Made by a program: the position numbers and the translations under genes. This document shows, in pieces, positions 21,722 through 32,404 of a stretch of 64,000 nucleotides of DNA (positions are counted from its first letter, which is position 1; the number at the start of each line of letters is the position of its first letter). The stretch is from the NCBI GenBank assembly GCA_035623825.1, contig DASPSR010000020.1, positions 32,001 to 96,000 on the forward strand, read 5' to 3'. The notes under the pieces were generated by a model. It made no database searches. It saw nothing but the letters and a program-made list of their open reading frames with translations, and was not told the origin of the DNA. Source of the stretch: Nitrospirota bacterium. Its GTDB lineage: Bacteria; Nitrospirota; UBA9217.

Positions 21722-22774
21722 TTACCTGATATTCCTTATATACCATTCCAGCGCTTCATCTAAGCCCTGCTGTACGGTGTGTGTCGGTTCATATCCCAGT
21801 AGTTTCACTGCCTTGTCGATGTTCGCTTGTGAATGTTTTACGTCTCCGGGGCGAAAATCGCGATAAATAGGCATAAACTTCATTAAATGATTATATTTCT
21901 TTTCGAGTTTGGACCGCAACATTTCAAACAATTCATTCAGATTGGTGCGTGCATTCACCGCGGTATTGTAAACCGTGTTTATCGCCGCTGGATTATCCTG
22001 TGTCGCCGCAAGCAGATTTATTTGTATAACATTTTCGATATAGCAAAAGTCTCGACTAGTTTCTCCAGTCCCGTTGATGTAAACAGGTTCATTTTTTATC
22101 ATGCTTGCAATCCATTTTGGTATCACAGCTGCATAAGCTCCTTCGGGATCTTGACGAGGTCCGAATACGTTGAAGTAACGAAGCCCGATTGTTTCGAGAC
22201 CGTAACATCGTGAGAATACATCTGCATAAAGCTCATTTACATATTTCGTCACAGCATACGGTGATAGTGGCTTACCGATTTTATCTTCTACTTTGGGGAG
22301 TCCGGGATGATCACCGTACGTTGAACTGCTTGCAGCATAGACAACCCGTCTCACGCGGTTGTCGCGCGCTGCTACCAGCACATTTAGCGTCCCCGTGATA
22401 TTATTTTCATTTGTATTGATCGGGTCCTCGAGAGACCGGGGCACAGATCCCAGAGCCGCTTCATGAAGAACATAATCGACGTTTCTACATGCCTGTTGGC
22501 AAATTGTTAAATCACGGATGTCCCCGTTGATAAATATAAACCTGGACCATTGCTTTCCATTTACAAGTGATTTTACCTCAGATACGTTTTTTTCTTTTCC
22601 TGTAATAAAATTGTCTACTCCCACGACGATCTGGTCAAGTTTCAAGAGATGCTCAAGCAGATTCGATCCGATGAACCCCGCTACTCCTGTAATGAGCCAG
22701 TGTTTCTGATCACTTTGTAATTTTTTCCTTACTGCAATATATGCTGGATTTGGATTATCGTCCCTGGCTGTCAT
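21722..22774 (-). CDS. wbpP: UDP-GlcNAc(A) C4-epimerase (WbpP/TviC family SDR)
   Basis: [50 protein letters not shown]. Confidence 0.88.
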   Translation of the reverse strand: MTARDDNPNPAYIAVRKKLQSDQKHWLITGVAGFIGSNLLEHLLKLDQIVVGVDNFITGKEKNVSEVKSLVNGKQWSRFIFINGDIRDLTICQQACRNVDYVLHEAALGSVPRSLEDPINTNENNITGTLNVLVAARDNRVRRVVYAASSSTYGDHPGLPKVEDKIGKPLSPYAVTKYVNELYADVFSRCYGLETIGLRYFNVFGPRQDPEGAYAAVIPKWIASMIKNEPVYINGTGETSRDFCYIENVIQINLLAATQDNPAAINTVYNTAVNARTNLNELFEMLRSKLEKKYNHLMKFMPIYRDFRPGDVKHSQANIDKAVKLLGYEPTHTVQQGLDEALEWYIRNIR

Positions 22775-22906
22775 TATGACCTCATACAGTGTCCGTATTC
22801 CTTCCCTATAGAACCATATGTTACGTTTTTTGCCTGTATGACACAGTTAATTTATTTTTCAATTATATATTAATGAGAAAATAAATAAAATAACCAATTG
22901 ACATTG

Positions 22907-22935
22907 TTGACATTCTTTCTATCTAGGTTTATATT
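22907..22935 (+). promoter_or_regulatory. sigma70-type promoter for the inverted acyltransferase
   Basis: TTGACA-17 bp-TATATT in an AT-rich divergent gap. Confidence 0.55.
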
Positions 22936-23072
22936 CATTACACAATCAATCAATAGTTACTTGTATCGTCGGACGCTGCGGTCTTTTTGTATGACAACCG
23001 GCTCCGCTTAATCACGGGTCGGGTGACACAACAATCGCCCGTTTTACCCACGAAAACTGAACATAGGATTGT

Positions 23073-24224
23073 ATGAGATCTTCCTCTGGTGTCCATTTCA
23101 TTGCCTTAGATCACGTCAGAGCTTTGGCCGCTTTCATGATCTTTACGTGGCACTTTACTCATGCCTTTAGTGACAATCCAGTTCCTGTCAACTATATTAC
23201 GGCACTATTCCCTTTCTCACTCCTCGCTGCTGGCCACACTGGCGTAGCCCTCTTTATGACCCTTAGTGGTTACTTGTTTGCAAAGCTACTAGACGGAAAA
23301 ACCATTGACTACAGGGCTTTTATTTGGAACCGGGTCCTGCGCCTGTTCCCACTTCTTGTGGTTGTAATCCTCATAGTCGGCGCCAAGAATGTTATTACTG
23401 GCCAGACTCTTTACTCTTATGCTTGCTCCATTGCGAAAGGCGTCATACTTCCAACCCTTCCCAATGGGGCATGGTCAATTACGATCGAGTTTCATTACTA
23501 TATAGTTCTCCCGATGTTTCTGTGGATGTTCAGAAAATCAAAAATGCTTCCCATTTCAATAATTATTGCAGCTATTGCACTACGCTTATTTATTTATCAT
23601 GAGAAAGGAGAAATCCAGTCACTTGCTTACTGGACAATTATTGGTCGAATAGATCAGTTTGCAATTGGCATGATTATATATCAATTCCGCGTTTTCTTTA
23701 CCCGCCGTCATGTCCTTGCCATTACGGTAATCATTGGATTCTCTGCATTCTACTGGTATTTCAATCTTATCGGAGGATTCTATCAGAACCCTTCCTACCC
23801 GTCGCCTAGCCCTCTCTGGCTGATTCTCCCGACAATCGAAGGAATAGCCTACGCCGTTGGCATCGCTTGGTATGAAAGTTCCTTCTTCCACTCAACGACC
23901 GGACTTTCTAGATTTATAGGCCGTATAGGAGAGTTTTCGTACTCCATTTATCTTCTCCACTGGTTTGTCGTCATTCAGGCTGCCAGATTCGTGCAAGAGC
24001 GAATTATGAACATATCCAATTTCTACTTAGCGTGCTTTTGGTCGACTGTCTTCTTCCTTTTGATGATACCAGCTGGGTATCTCAGCTTTCGTTTCATTGA
24101 AACCCCTTTCCTCAGGCTAAGAAAGCGCTACATCATTGTGCCACACAATAGTGCGGAGACAGTATGTCATGAAGCCCATCAAAGCGCCCCAACGGACGCT
24201 CTAAAGCGTGCCGCCGAACTTTGA
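23073..24224 (+). CDS. Acyltransferase family 3 (OafA-like membrane O-acyltransferase), opposite strand to the cluster
   Basis: LDHVRALAAFMI..WH, GVALFMTLSGYL, RVLRLFP, WSITIEFHYY, GEFSYSIYLLH, FIETPF. Confidence 0.9.
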   Translation: MRSSSGVHFIALDHVRALAAFMIFTWHFTHAFSDNPVPVNYITALFPFSLLAAGHTGVALFMTLSGYLFAKLLDGKTIDYRAFIWNRVLRLFPLLVVVILIVGAKNVITGQTLYSYACSIAKGVILPTLPNGAWSITIEFHYYIVLPMFLWMFRKSKMLPISIIIAAIALRLFIYHEKGEIQSLAYWTIIGRIDQFAIGMIIYQFRVFFTRRHVLAITVIIGFSAFYWYFNLIGGFYQNPSYPSPSPLWLILPTIEGIAYAVGIAWYESSFFHSTTGLSRFIGRIGEFSYSIYLLHWFVVIQAARFVQERIMNISNFYLACFWSTVFFLLMIPAGYLSFRFIETPFLRLRKRYIIVPHNSAETVCHEAHQSAPTDALKRAAEL

Positions 24225-24232
24225 CATTCTAT
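24174..24232 (+). mobile_element. Degenerate attC-like (59-base element) site at the end of the acyltransferase
   Basis: GCCCATC...CGGACGCT-CTAA-AGCGT-G-CCG...ATTCTAT over 59 nt; inner stem with one unpaired G; both core triplets carry one mismatch. Confidence 0.5.
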
Positions 24233-24239
24233 GCCCATC

Positions 24240-24813
24240 GTTGAATCCGGAACTAAGTATGATACCGTAACAGCATGCGAATAATCAGCATAGAGTTCAC
24301 CGATATATTTTGTGGCAGCATAAGGAGCAAGAGGGACCAATCTCATCTCCTAACTTCGGCAGCCCCGGATTAGCTTCATAGTTGAACTGCTTGTCGTACA
24401 GACTATTCGTTTTATATTGGCGTTGCCTGCAGCGGGGAAAATATTCAGAGTACCAGTAATGTTGTTCTCGTAAGTATTTTTGGGGTCTTTCAGAGAGTTC
24501 GGGACAGATTCTATGTCTGCCTCGTGAAGTGCAAAATCTACAACTTTGTATGCTTCCGGGTAAAGTGGTACGATTGCCATATCACATTCCATAAATGTGA
24601 ATTGGGAGCACCGCCAGACATACCAAGACAGCTTACTTCTCCTAGATTTTTCCTCTTTCCAACTAAAAAATTATCAAGCCCGACCACTTCTTGGTCGAGC
24701 TTTAAGAGATTTTCGAGATATTAGAACCTGTGAAACCACCAATCCCCGGCTATGAGCCAACATCTTGGGTTTTATACAGCTATTTTTTAGTTTCAGCTCT
24801 TTTGATCAGTCAT
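24240..24813 (-). pseudogene. Decayed 5' portion of a second wbpP-like epimerase
   Basis: Fragments such as [35 protein letters not shown] match the intact gene at 21722-22774, but with stops and frameshifts and no 3' half. Confidence 0.75.
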
Positions 24814-24869
24814 ATTAATAGTGGTATATTGCTGTTAAGCTCATCCTCACCTTTATTAGAATCCATTAT

Positions 24870-26513
24870 TTATTCCTCAATGCGCCCTTTTTCTTTTAAT
24901 GATTCCTTTATCCTTCTAATATGTCCTCTGCCCATGCCTTTTACTTCACAACCCAGCTCAAGATATCGTCTTATTTTTTGATCATCCAGAATGCCGAAGC
25001 AATCTATCACCGCGATCGGCTTGCCAGCCAATCGAACTATTTCGTCCGGATTGAAAACAATATATTCCTTGTGTTTGACGGCGAATACTAACGCATCAAT
25101 GCCATTAAGACATCCTCTTATATCTTTATTTACCTCTAGCTCTTTCAGTTTCTTCTGGTTTCTAAAAAAAACTCTCTTGCTGCTGTCAGGATATACTTCT
25201 TGGTTCTTAAATTCCCACCAATGATCTACATAAGGGTCGTGCACGCGGATTTCAGCCCCCATTTCAGCAAGTTTCCGCACAAGAATCTCGGAGCCGCTGT
25301 ATCGGGTGTCGCCGACATCTTCACGATATGACGCTCCGAGAATTAATATCTCTGCCCCGGCAATGGGAACATTCATATTACGCAAGGCATCTCGCACCAG
25401 TTGTGCGCTATGAAGGGGGCGCGTATCGTTGATATCTATGGCTCTTGGCGTTATTCGGAATATATCGTCTTCGAAGCCAAGAATGTGTTTATACGCCCAT
25501 ATCCCCAAGGCACCGTCTTTTGGTAGGCAATAACCCCCGATGCCGGGTCCTGGGAACATCAGGTTGCTATGTGTAGGCCTGGTTCTGATAGCATTTATCA
25601 CTTTGATGATATCCACGCCGTTCCTTTCAGCAAAAAGGCTCCATTCGTCCATAAAAGCGAGAATGGCGGCACGATAACTGTTCTCCACGATTTTAGCAGT
25701 CTCAGATTCTACCGGACGGTCGAGAACCGTGAGCGGATATTTGGTTGTGTTGATAATCTCGTTTAAAAATTTAACCACTTTCTGCTTTGCCAGTTCATTG
25801 ACCCCACTGCAGACTCGCCAGAAATCACGTATCGATGAAACATATTCTTTGCCGGGCATTACGCGCTCATAACTATGAGCAAGGAGAGGGTCTGATTTGA
25901 TTCCACGTCTAGTAAATATTTTTTTCATGATGGGAAAAGCTACCTGCTCGGTAGTCCCCGGGGCAACCGTCGTCTCGATCAAAATGAGTGTTTCAGGATT
26001 GACCTTGTTTGCAATTATTTCAAAAGCTTCTTCAAGGGCTCCCATATCGACATGGCCGTTTCTGACATTTCCAAGCTCATTTTTGGTATAGTTGCACTGT
26101 ACGTCAATGACCACGACATCTGCAAGTGTGAGGACATCATAGGTGTATGTCGCGGTCAATGTCTTTTTTTCCTTCACGCACCGATTGATCAAAGGAACAA
26201 CCTCCGGGTCTTCGGCCTTTATAGGAGATAATCCTTGATTCAACATCGGGATCTTCCAATAACTTCGGACACTGGGGCGCTGCATGCCGATCACGAATTT
26301 GCGGGGTTTGCCATCCTTATCTGCGCTGTCAGCCACAATTGCAGCCATAACTGCGCCAACAAATCCCACACCGATGACGACGACGATTTCCTGACCGTTT
26401 TTTCGAGCGGCAGCAGACAACGCTTCTACTCTTTTGAATTCTGCAGCGTAATCATCTTTTCTAGGCAAGGGATACTGAACGCCTTCCGGGCTGAGTGAGA
26501 CAAATTCTCGCAT
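24870..26513 (-). CDS. Nucleotide-sugar 6-dehydrogenase (UDP-GlcNAc/UDP-Glc/GDP-Man dehydrogenase family)
   Basis: IGVGFVG, ETTVAPGTT, ERVMPG, KIVENSYRA, GPGIGGYCLPKD; start refined to MREFVS. Confidence 0.9.
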   Translation of the reverse strand: MREFVSLSPEGVQYPLPRKDDYAAEFKRVEALSAAARKNGQEIVVVIGVGFVGAVMAAIVADSADKDGKPRKFVIGMQRPSVRSYWKIPMLNQGLSPIKAEDPEVVPLINRCVKEKKTLTATYTYDVLTLADVVVIDVQCNYTKNELGNVRNGHVDMGALEEAFEIIANKVNPETLILIETTVAPGTTEQVAFPIMKKIFTRRGIKSDPLLAHSYERVMPGKEYVSSIRDFWRVCSGVNELAKQKVVKFLNEIINTTKYPLTVLDRPVESETAKIVENSYRAAILAFMDEWSLFAERNGVDIIKVINAIRTRPTHSNLMFPGPGIGGYCLPKDGALGIWAYKHILGFEDDIFRITPRAIDINDTRPLHSAQLVRDALRNMNVPIAGAEILILGASYREDVGDTRYSGSEILVRKLAEMGAEIRVHDPYVDHWWEFKNQEVYPDSSKRVFFRNQKKLKELEVNKDIRGCLNGIDALVFAVKHKEYIVFNPDEIVRLAGKPIAVIDCFGILDDQKIRRYLELGCEVKGMGRGHIRRIKESLKEKGRIEE

Positions 26514-26543
26514 TTTTACCTCGTAAGAAAACAATGACCCCTG

Positions 26544-27383
26544 TCAGACTAACCGCGTCTCCTTAAACCTTTTCAAACGATATTGAAGAACAACCAGAAA
26601 TATTCCAAGGAAAACAGATATGAACCCTGCGAAGACAATATTCAGTCCAATTTTCGGTTTAACCGGCCGATTCTGTATATATGGTTGGTCTGCTATTTTT
26701 ATACCGCCTTCATTAAGCCGTTGAAGACGCTGATCAACTACCAGTTTAGCAAGTTTTATGTCCACTATTCCTTTATTGAGGTCCAAAGGGTTAAAGCCGA
26801 CCACTGAAAGTTTGCCTTCATTGAGTAGCTCACGATAGTTGTTAGATAATTTTTCCGAGAAATTGATAACACTGGAGAGTTCGTTAGATCTCTTTAATAG
26901 CTTTTCTCTTTCTTCCCTCACGATCACCTTCACAATGTCAAAGTTGTTTATGTAATCCACAATCTCTGACAATGCTTTACCTATGAGATTCGCATTTTTT
27001 GCCTCAATCGTAACGAAAAGTTTATCCTTTGAATCTTTGATTGCTCTTAATTTGAGATCTGTTACCGATTCATAGGTTGTCGGAAATATCTTTGTCATTT
27101 TTCCCCTATCGATATTCCCTATCATATCAACTATCTCTTTCGGCTGAAGTATTCCTCTTGACTGAACCAACTCTTTCCCAGAAGCCTCTTCTATTTCTTG
27201 TAGCTGAAATATATTCAGGACAACCTCACCTCTGTAGATCTTCGGCATACGAAGGCTAATGATAACCGTCGAAAAGACTGCGACAGCAAGTAGAACTATT
27301 ATGATCATCTTTCCGTCAACGATTACCTTCCAGAGATTATAAAGGTTATTCTCGTCGTAAGATTCCTTAATCTGCTGTCTCAT
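26544..27383 (-). CDS. wzz: Wzz-type chain-length determinant
   Basis: N-terminal TM plus PKIY, coiled-coil centre, PVKPK followed by a C-terminal TM. Confidence 0.8.
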   Translation of the reverse strand: MRQQIKESYDENNLYNLWKVIVDGKMIIIVLLAVAVFSTVIISLRMPKIYRGEVVLNIFQLQEIEEASGKELVQSRGILQPKEIVDMIGNIDRGKMTKIFPTTYESVTDLKLRAIKDSKDKLFVTIEAKNANLIGKALSEIVDYINNFDIVKVIVREEREKLLKRSNELSSVINFSEKLSNNYRELLNEGKLSVVGFNPLDLNKGIVDIKLAKLVVDQRLQRLNEGGIKIADQPYIQNRPVKPKIGLNIVFAGFISVFLGIFLVVLQYRLKRFKETRLV

Positions 27384-27413
27384 AATCTGTCCTTTCAGTT
27401 TAGAATGAAACTG

Positions 27414-27442
27414 AATTTATTATATATGAAATCAGATGTCAA
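27414..27442 (-). promoter_or_regulatory. sigma70-type promoter upstream of wzz
   Basis: TTGACA-17 bp-TAAATT; an inverted repeat TTCAGTTT-N6-AAACTGAA (27394-27415) covers the predicted start site. Confidence 0.45.
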
Positions 27443-27544
27443 GGCTTTTAATGATTTGTCATCAGACTTGCTGTAGTTTTTATCATTATTTGAAGCATAG
27501 ACAGGAAATGTAGATCCTACCGGACTTAAATGTGTGATTTTTAT

Positions 27545-28807
27545 TCATTCTTGGACGATTACGTTCTCTGATTTTCTCATGGCACCAAAAGGTCCGATTA
27601 GTCCTATAGTAAAACAAGAGGCGGTCAAAAATCTATCGAAATCGACATGATCATCAGTCAGGCCACCGACCATAGCAAGTGTCGTTATGAGAATGATGAT
27701 ATAGCCACCTATTGCATTATGATCTTTAATGAGCTTCACCCCCCATCTTATCAAGGATATTAAAAACAACAACAGGACTGCTATGCCAATTATCCCTCGC
27801 GTTGCCAATACCTGCAAATAGATATTATGCGCATGATGTGTGTCCGTAGGCTGTTTCAATCTGTTCTCCGATATAAGGTTATTGATGGTAGGCTGAAAAT
27901 CACCCAGACCGATGCCTAAAAATGGACGTTCCTTGAACATTAAGAGAGCGCCCTTCCACAACTCTATGCGGGTGCCAGTACTGCCTGATACGTCTTCTGT
28001 ATAAACCGAGGTAACTATTGAAATCATTCTTTGTCGCAAGATGTTGCTGCCCGAAATAAATATCGCGCATATCATGAGACTGAGAAATAAAAAAATCAAT
28101 GTCTTGCGGCGGTCGTGAAGAAACAACGTTATTATGCACGATGCAAATAGAGCAACCCAGATACTTCGTGATTGTGACAGGATGACGCCGCCCAAGGTCA
28201 ATATTGAAACACCCATGATAAAAGAGATACCTTTCCTGGACATGATAACTGTCTTCGGCAAAAAGAGCATGACGATAGCAGAACTGCACGCAATAGACAG
28301 TGGACCGGCATAAAGATTCGGATTCCTTGAAAATCCATCAGGCCTGACAGACTCCATGTGCATGAGGCCGAAATACTGCGATATCCCAATTAACCCTGCC
28401 ACAGCCGCAGCGAGAAAGAAGACAGAGATAATGTATTTTCTATAACGATCACCAATCGGTGCGGTGAAGAGCAACCCCCCCAAAAAGATGCATCTGTACT
28501 GTTTTAATAGAACGAATGCGAAATGCCGATCTACGGACATGAAAGCGCTCACCGCCGACAAGGCTATAAAGAGGAGTGAAGCAATAAATACCTGCCTCGG
28601 TATGGGATTATGAGGATGATACTTGACGATGCATCTCCATGCCAAGAGTGCCGCAAGGCTCACAAGATCGAAAGCTTTGAAAGGTCCAACATCCTTCCAT
28701 CCAACAAAAATGGTTATCCCCAGGCCACTCAGGCTGATGACCAATAATTTTTCAATGATTCTGCTGGCCTTATCTTGCCACCGTTCGAATGATGTCATTT
28801 TATACAT
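27545..28807 (-). CDS. O-antigen ligase (WaaL-like)
   Basis: Multi-TM; SQSRS, S..TRIELWK, PFLGIG, HAHNIYLQ. Confidence 0.87.
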   Translation of the reverse strand: MYKMTSFERWQDKASRIIEKLLVISLSGLGITIFVGWKDVGPFKAFDLVSLAALLAWRCIVKYHPHNPIPRQVFIASLLFIALSAVSAFMSVDRHFAFVLLKQYRCIFLGGLLFTAPIGDRYRKYIISVFFLAAAVAGLIGISQYFGLMHMESVRPDGFSRNPNLYAGPLSIACSSAIVMLFLPKTVIMSRKGISFIMGVSILTLGGVILSQSRSIWVALFASCIITLFLHDRRKTLIFLFLSLMICAIFISGSNILRQRMISIVTSVYTEDVSGSTGTRIELWKGALLMFKERPFLGIGLGDFQPTINNLISENRLKQPTDTHHAHNIYLQVLATRGIIGIAVLLLFLISLIRWGVKLIKDHNAIGGYIIILITTLAMVGGLTDDHVDFDRFLTASCFTIGLIGPFGAMRKSENVIVQE

Positions 28808-29029
28808 CTTCTTATGCCAATCTCAAAAGTCTTCCGCGCCCACTTTTATATGCACAACGTATTTCTCGCATATTCCATAATCCTGATGATAGCAGTGTTA
28901 CTTCAGACAATAATGGTAGTTCGATTGATGCGTAGTATTGCGCAATTAATCCGCGTTGCGACGCCACAAATCTGCGGTTGTAATTGTCATGATTTCTTCA
29001 GCCAACGTTAAATTCGCTTGATACTTCCG

Positions 29030-29995
29030 TTAATAAGAAACGGATGCCTTGACTACAATCTTCCGGATTTGGTTTCGGTACCTTCTTAGTAATTTGAACA
29101 ATCTAAAGAGCGGGGAATACAATACAAACTTCCGGAAATTGTATCGCTCACGGATTTTTTCAATCGCTTCTTGCCGGGAGATGCGTCCCTTCTTGTAGAG
29201 CTTCCATATTGAGTATACGGGTACATAACCCATGTAACCTCGTAGTATCCTTGATAAGTCAATGTAAGGTTTGTCCGCATAAGCTTCCAAAAACATGATT
29301 GATTCTTCTATAAGAAGAAAGTTGCCAGAAAGATTCCTGCTCGTCTCCTGATGCCCGTGAAGCCTGAATGCGCAAAGTGGTTCATTGATGTACGCAAAAT
29401 TCCCCTGCTCCAGCAGATGGGCCCACATTTCAAGGTCTACGGTCTGTTTGTAGCGCACATCGAATCCCCGACTAGAGTGTTTCTTTCTGAATAGAACCAC
29501 AGTGGGCTCCCCAATCCGGTTACTCTGTTCAACAAGGCAATCTTGAATTATCCGCGATCCGCAATAACCGATTTTTCCTCTATACTCCGACAAAAGGTCT
29601 ATGACATTCGACCTGCCATCAATGACGTAGCGAGCTGAAGCCACTAGCGCTATTTCATCGTTATCATCCAGCACTGCCACCATTTTTTTTAATGCATCTT
29701 TACTAACCAGCACATCATCGCTGAAAACGAATTTGATATATTCGCCTTTGGCGTGCTGAAGACACAAGTTTAAATTCCTGGCCTGTCCCACATTCTGCTC
29801 GTTAGCCCTGATTTTTATTCTCCTATCAATTTCTGCATATCTTTTAGCTATTGCGACAGTCTCGTCAGATGAGCAGTCATCGCTAACTATAAGTTCAAAA
29901 TCGGTATAGCTCTGCTTCAAGACTGATTCTATGGCTTCAGATAAAAAGTTTTCGCTGTTAAAAGTAGGCATGCAGACGCTGACTTTGGGGGTCAT
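29030..29995 (-). CDS. Glycosyltransferase family 2
   Basis: VSVCMPTFN, SDDCSSD, FSDD, IGEPT. Confidence 0.9.
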   Translation of the reverse strand: MTPKVSVCMPTFNSENFLSEAIESVLKQSYTDFELIVSDDCSSDETVAIAKRYAEIDRRIKIRANEQNVGQARNLNLCLQHAKGEYIKFVFSDDVLVSKDALKKMVAVLDDNDEIALVASARYVIDGRSNVIDLLSEYRGKIGYCGSRIIQDCLVEQSNRIGEPTVVLFRKKHSSRGFDVRYKQTVDLEMWAHLLEQGNFAYINEPLCAFRLHGHQETSRNLSGNFLLIEESIMFLEAYADKPYIDLSRILRGYMGYVPVYSIWKLYKKGRISRQEAIEKIRERYNFRKFVLYSPLFRLFKLLRRYRNQIRKIVVKASVSY

Positions 29996-30126
29996 GCGGT
30001 AACCTTCTTTCAAACGGGATGACAACTGCAGATAAAGTGCTATTGCCTTAATATTTCATTACATTGTTCTGGCACAATATGCTATGTGTTCAGTTTCATT
30101 GCCAGCACAGAGATGAACTCTAGGTT

Positions 30127-31098
30127 TTATCTTGGAATTCCCATAGAAACGGGCCGTCCCCTCATGTGCCAAGCAAGCAGGTATGCAAACATTTGCCAAC
30201 GTCTTCTTATGCGCTTGGAGGAAAATAGAGTCACTACGTTCAATAGGCCGTAGATAAGGAACTGATATGCTGTTTGCATAAATCCCAACAGTAATAACCC
30301 AAACCATGCGCAAGAAGTAAGATGCATATTCTTTTTATAAAAAAGATAGCGCGATCTCCATGACTCTACCCGGGACCTCAGATTGATCTCTTTCCTGCTT
30401 TGCCCGCCAAAATGATAGACTTTAACTTCTGGTAAATAATATGTCCGCCAACCGCTGCGCCGCATTCGGTAACACCAATCCGTTTCTTCATAGAATAAAA
30501 AATAATCTTCGTCCATAATCCCGACTGATTCTATGGCTCTTTTGCGCACCATCATGCACGCTCCTAGGACAACATCTACCTGAGCAGGCTCCTTGAACAC
30601 CGTATGTTTGGTTCCGAATGCCCTGTAGTAAATTCGCGGGGACAACACCTTAAGCAGGTGTTTGCTTGTGAATTCGGTCAACAGCACAGGAAAATTTCCT
30701 GCTGAATTTTGTAGCGTACCGTCGGCATTTAGGAGCTGGGGACCGCATATGCCAGCCTCGGGATAATGTTCCATAAAATCGGCCATGTCATCCAGAGATG
30801 ATTCTTTAAGATAAGTATCGCTGTTCAGGATGACCGCGTGTCTTCCCCGCATCTGTCTCATGGCCATGTTATTGGCCCCTGAATATCCCAGATTCAAGGA
30901 ATTCTTAAGCACCTTGACAGCGGGATAGGCATGAGATACCGCTTCAGCACTTCCATCGGAGCTTGCATTGTCCACGACGATAACTTCAAAGGAAGAGCGC
31001 TTAATCGTTCCATAAATAGAGGCAATACAGTCAAGAAGAAGCTGCTTTGTATTCCAGTTGACAATAATAATTGAAAGATCTATTTCCTTCGTTGTCAT
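30127..31098 (-). CDS. Glycosyltransferase family 2 (rhamnosyltransferase-like)
   Basis: IIIVNWN, VDNASSD, LNSDT, FLFYEETDWC. Confidence 0.9.
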   Translation of the reverse strand: MTTKEIDLSIIIVNWNTKQLLLDCIASIYGTIKRSSFEVIVVDNASSDGSAEAVSHAYPAVKVLKNSLNLGYSGANNMAMRQMRGRHAVILNSDTYLKESSLDDMADFMEHYPEAGICGPQLLNADGTLQNSAGNFPVLLTEFTSKHLLKVLSPRIYYRAFGTKHTVFKEPAQVDVVLGACMMVRKRAIESVGIMDEDYFLFYEETDWCYRMRRSGWRTYYLPEVKVYHFGGQSRKEINLRSRVESWRSRYLFYKKNMHLTSCAWFGLLLLGFMQTAYQFLIYGLLNVVTLFSSKRIRRRWQMFAYLLAWHMRGRPVSMGIPR

Positions 31099-31484
31099 GG
31101 ATCAATGACTCCTATTCTCGAGAAATTAAACTGCTGACAGTAAAATTAATGAAACGTCACTTGAGTGCTTTCAATTTTCGCTATTAACCTACCTAGACGA
31201 TAAGAAGATGCAAATATAAAAATCTGAATTCAAGTATATAATTTATGATTCAAAGATAGCAAACGTGCTTTGCTGCTCCATCGCCACGTAGCCTTCTCTG
31301 ATACGTTCCGCTTCCTGGTAGACGAGACTGAACGGATCTGTATCAGGGCCGACACACAGCAAATCTCCGTCGAGATGACTGGCCTTATCAATTAGGTTCA
31401 TTCTCACATTGATCCATTCTTAAATTTGGGATCTGGGACGGCCCCGCTCACTAATGAGAGATTGAAACGAAGGAGCTATAGCCC

Positions 31485-32402
31485 CTATGGCCCGCCCGAT
31501 TCGATCTTTCTTGCTATGATGACGTGCATGTCAGAGCATTTATCTTTCCATTTTCTCCATATCTCAGGGGTTTCATCTCGCTCCCTGCAAACAAGGTAGT
31601 CGTAATTATTTATGATTTCGCATTTTGAGTGTAGTCTTGATTCTATGTCGCCCCACATAATATGATCATCTTTAAAAACGTGAAGGTCGCCCCCTTTGCG
31701 TATTTTTCGCCTCTTATGTGACGAAGGACGACTTTTTATCTGTTTAATCCATTTTCTGAAGACGATAGATTTATGATCCGTTGTTCCAGAAGTAATTTTC
31801 TCGTCTCGTAACGTAAGCCCCAATTCGTCGCGATGAACCTTGCTGAATTCAGGTCCCAGTTCTTCAAGATATGCATCGTACTCTGAATTTGATTCCCAGT
31901 AGGTCGGGCATACTTCATGATCAATATATAGAATGCCGCCCGTTTTGAGCACGCGCACAAATTCATCTATAATTTTAAGATAATCGGGCACATGATGCAA
32001 AACTGAATAGGTTGCCACCATATCGAACGAGCCATCGGGAATGCCCGAGAGATCATCACCGTTCAAGAGAATAGTCTCCAATCTCTCTGAATTGCCCAGC
32101 TTGAGCCTGAGCCGCTCAAGATACTTTGAAGATATATCAGCTGCGACTGTTTTAACGCCGAGATCCAACAAGTGTTCCGTCAGATTGCCGGTGCCTGCTC
32201 CAAAATCCAGAACTCGCGGCAAATCGGATTTCAATTTTACATATGAAAGCGCATCCTTGAGAACAAAACGTATTCTTTTTTGCTCGGTTGGATTATATAT
32301 TTCAACGTGTTTTTCGTCATATTCTGCTGCGTCTCGGTCGTGGGTCTTCTTTTTCGGTATAATCGGTTCAATGACTTTATTAAAAAATGAAGGTTTATCC
32401 AT
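31485..32402 (-). CDS. Class I SAM-dependent methyltransferase
   Basis: VLDFGAGTG, FDMVATYSVLHHVPD, LKTGG. Confidence 0.87.
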   Translation of the reverse strand: MDKPSFFNKVIEPIIPKKKTHDRDAAEYDEKHVEIYNPTEQKRIRFVLKDALSYVKLKSDLPRVLDFGAGTGNLTEHLLDLGVKTVAADISSKYLERLRLKLGNSERLETILLNGDDLSGIPDGSFDMVATYSVLHHVPDYLKIIDEFVRVLKTGGILYIDHEVCPTYWESNSEYDAYLEELGPEFSKVHRDELGLTLRDEKITSGTTDHKSIVFRKWIKQIKSRPSSHKRRKIRKGGDLHVFKDDHIMWGDIESRLHSKCEIINNYDYLVCRERDETPEIWRKWKDKCSDMHVIIARKIESGGP

Positions 32403-32404
32403 AT

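Noticed and set aside
31260-31450. Possible REP-associated tyrosine transposase remnant (WRWSS in one minus frame)
   Set aside because: Only a five-residue match with no continuous frame; too weak to call
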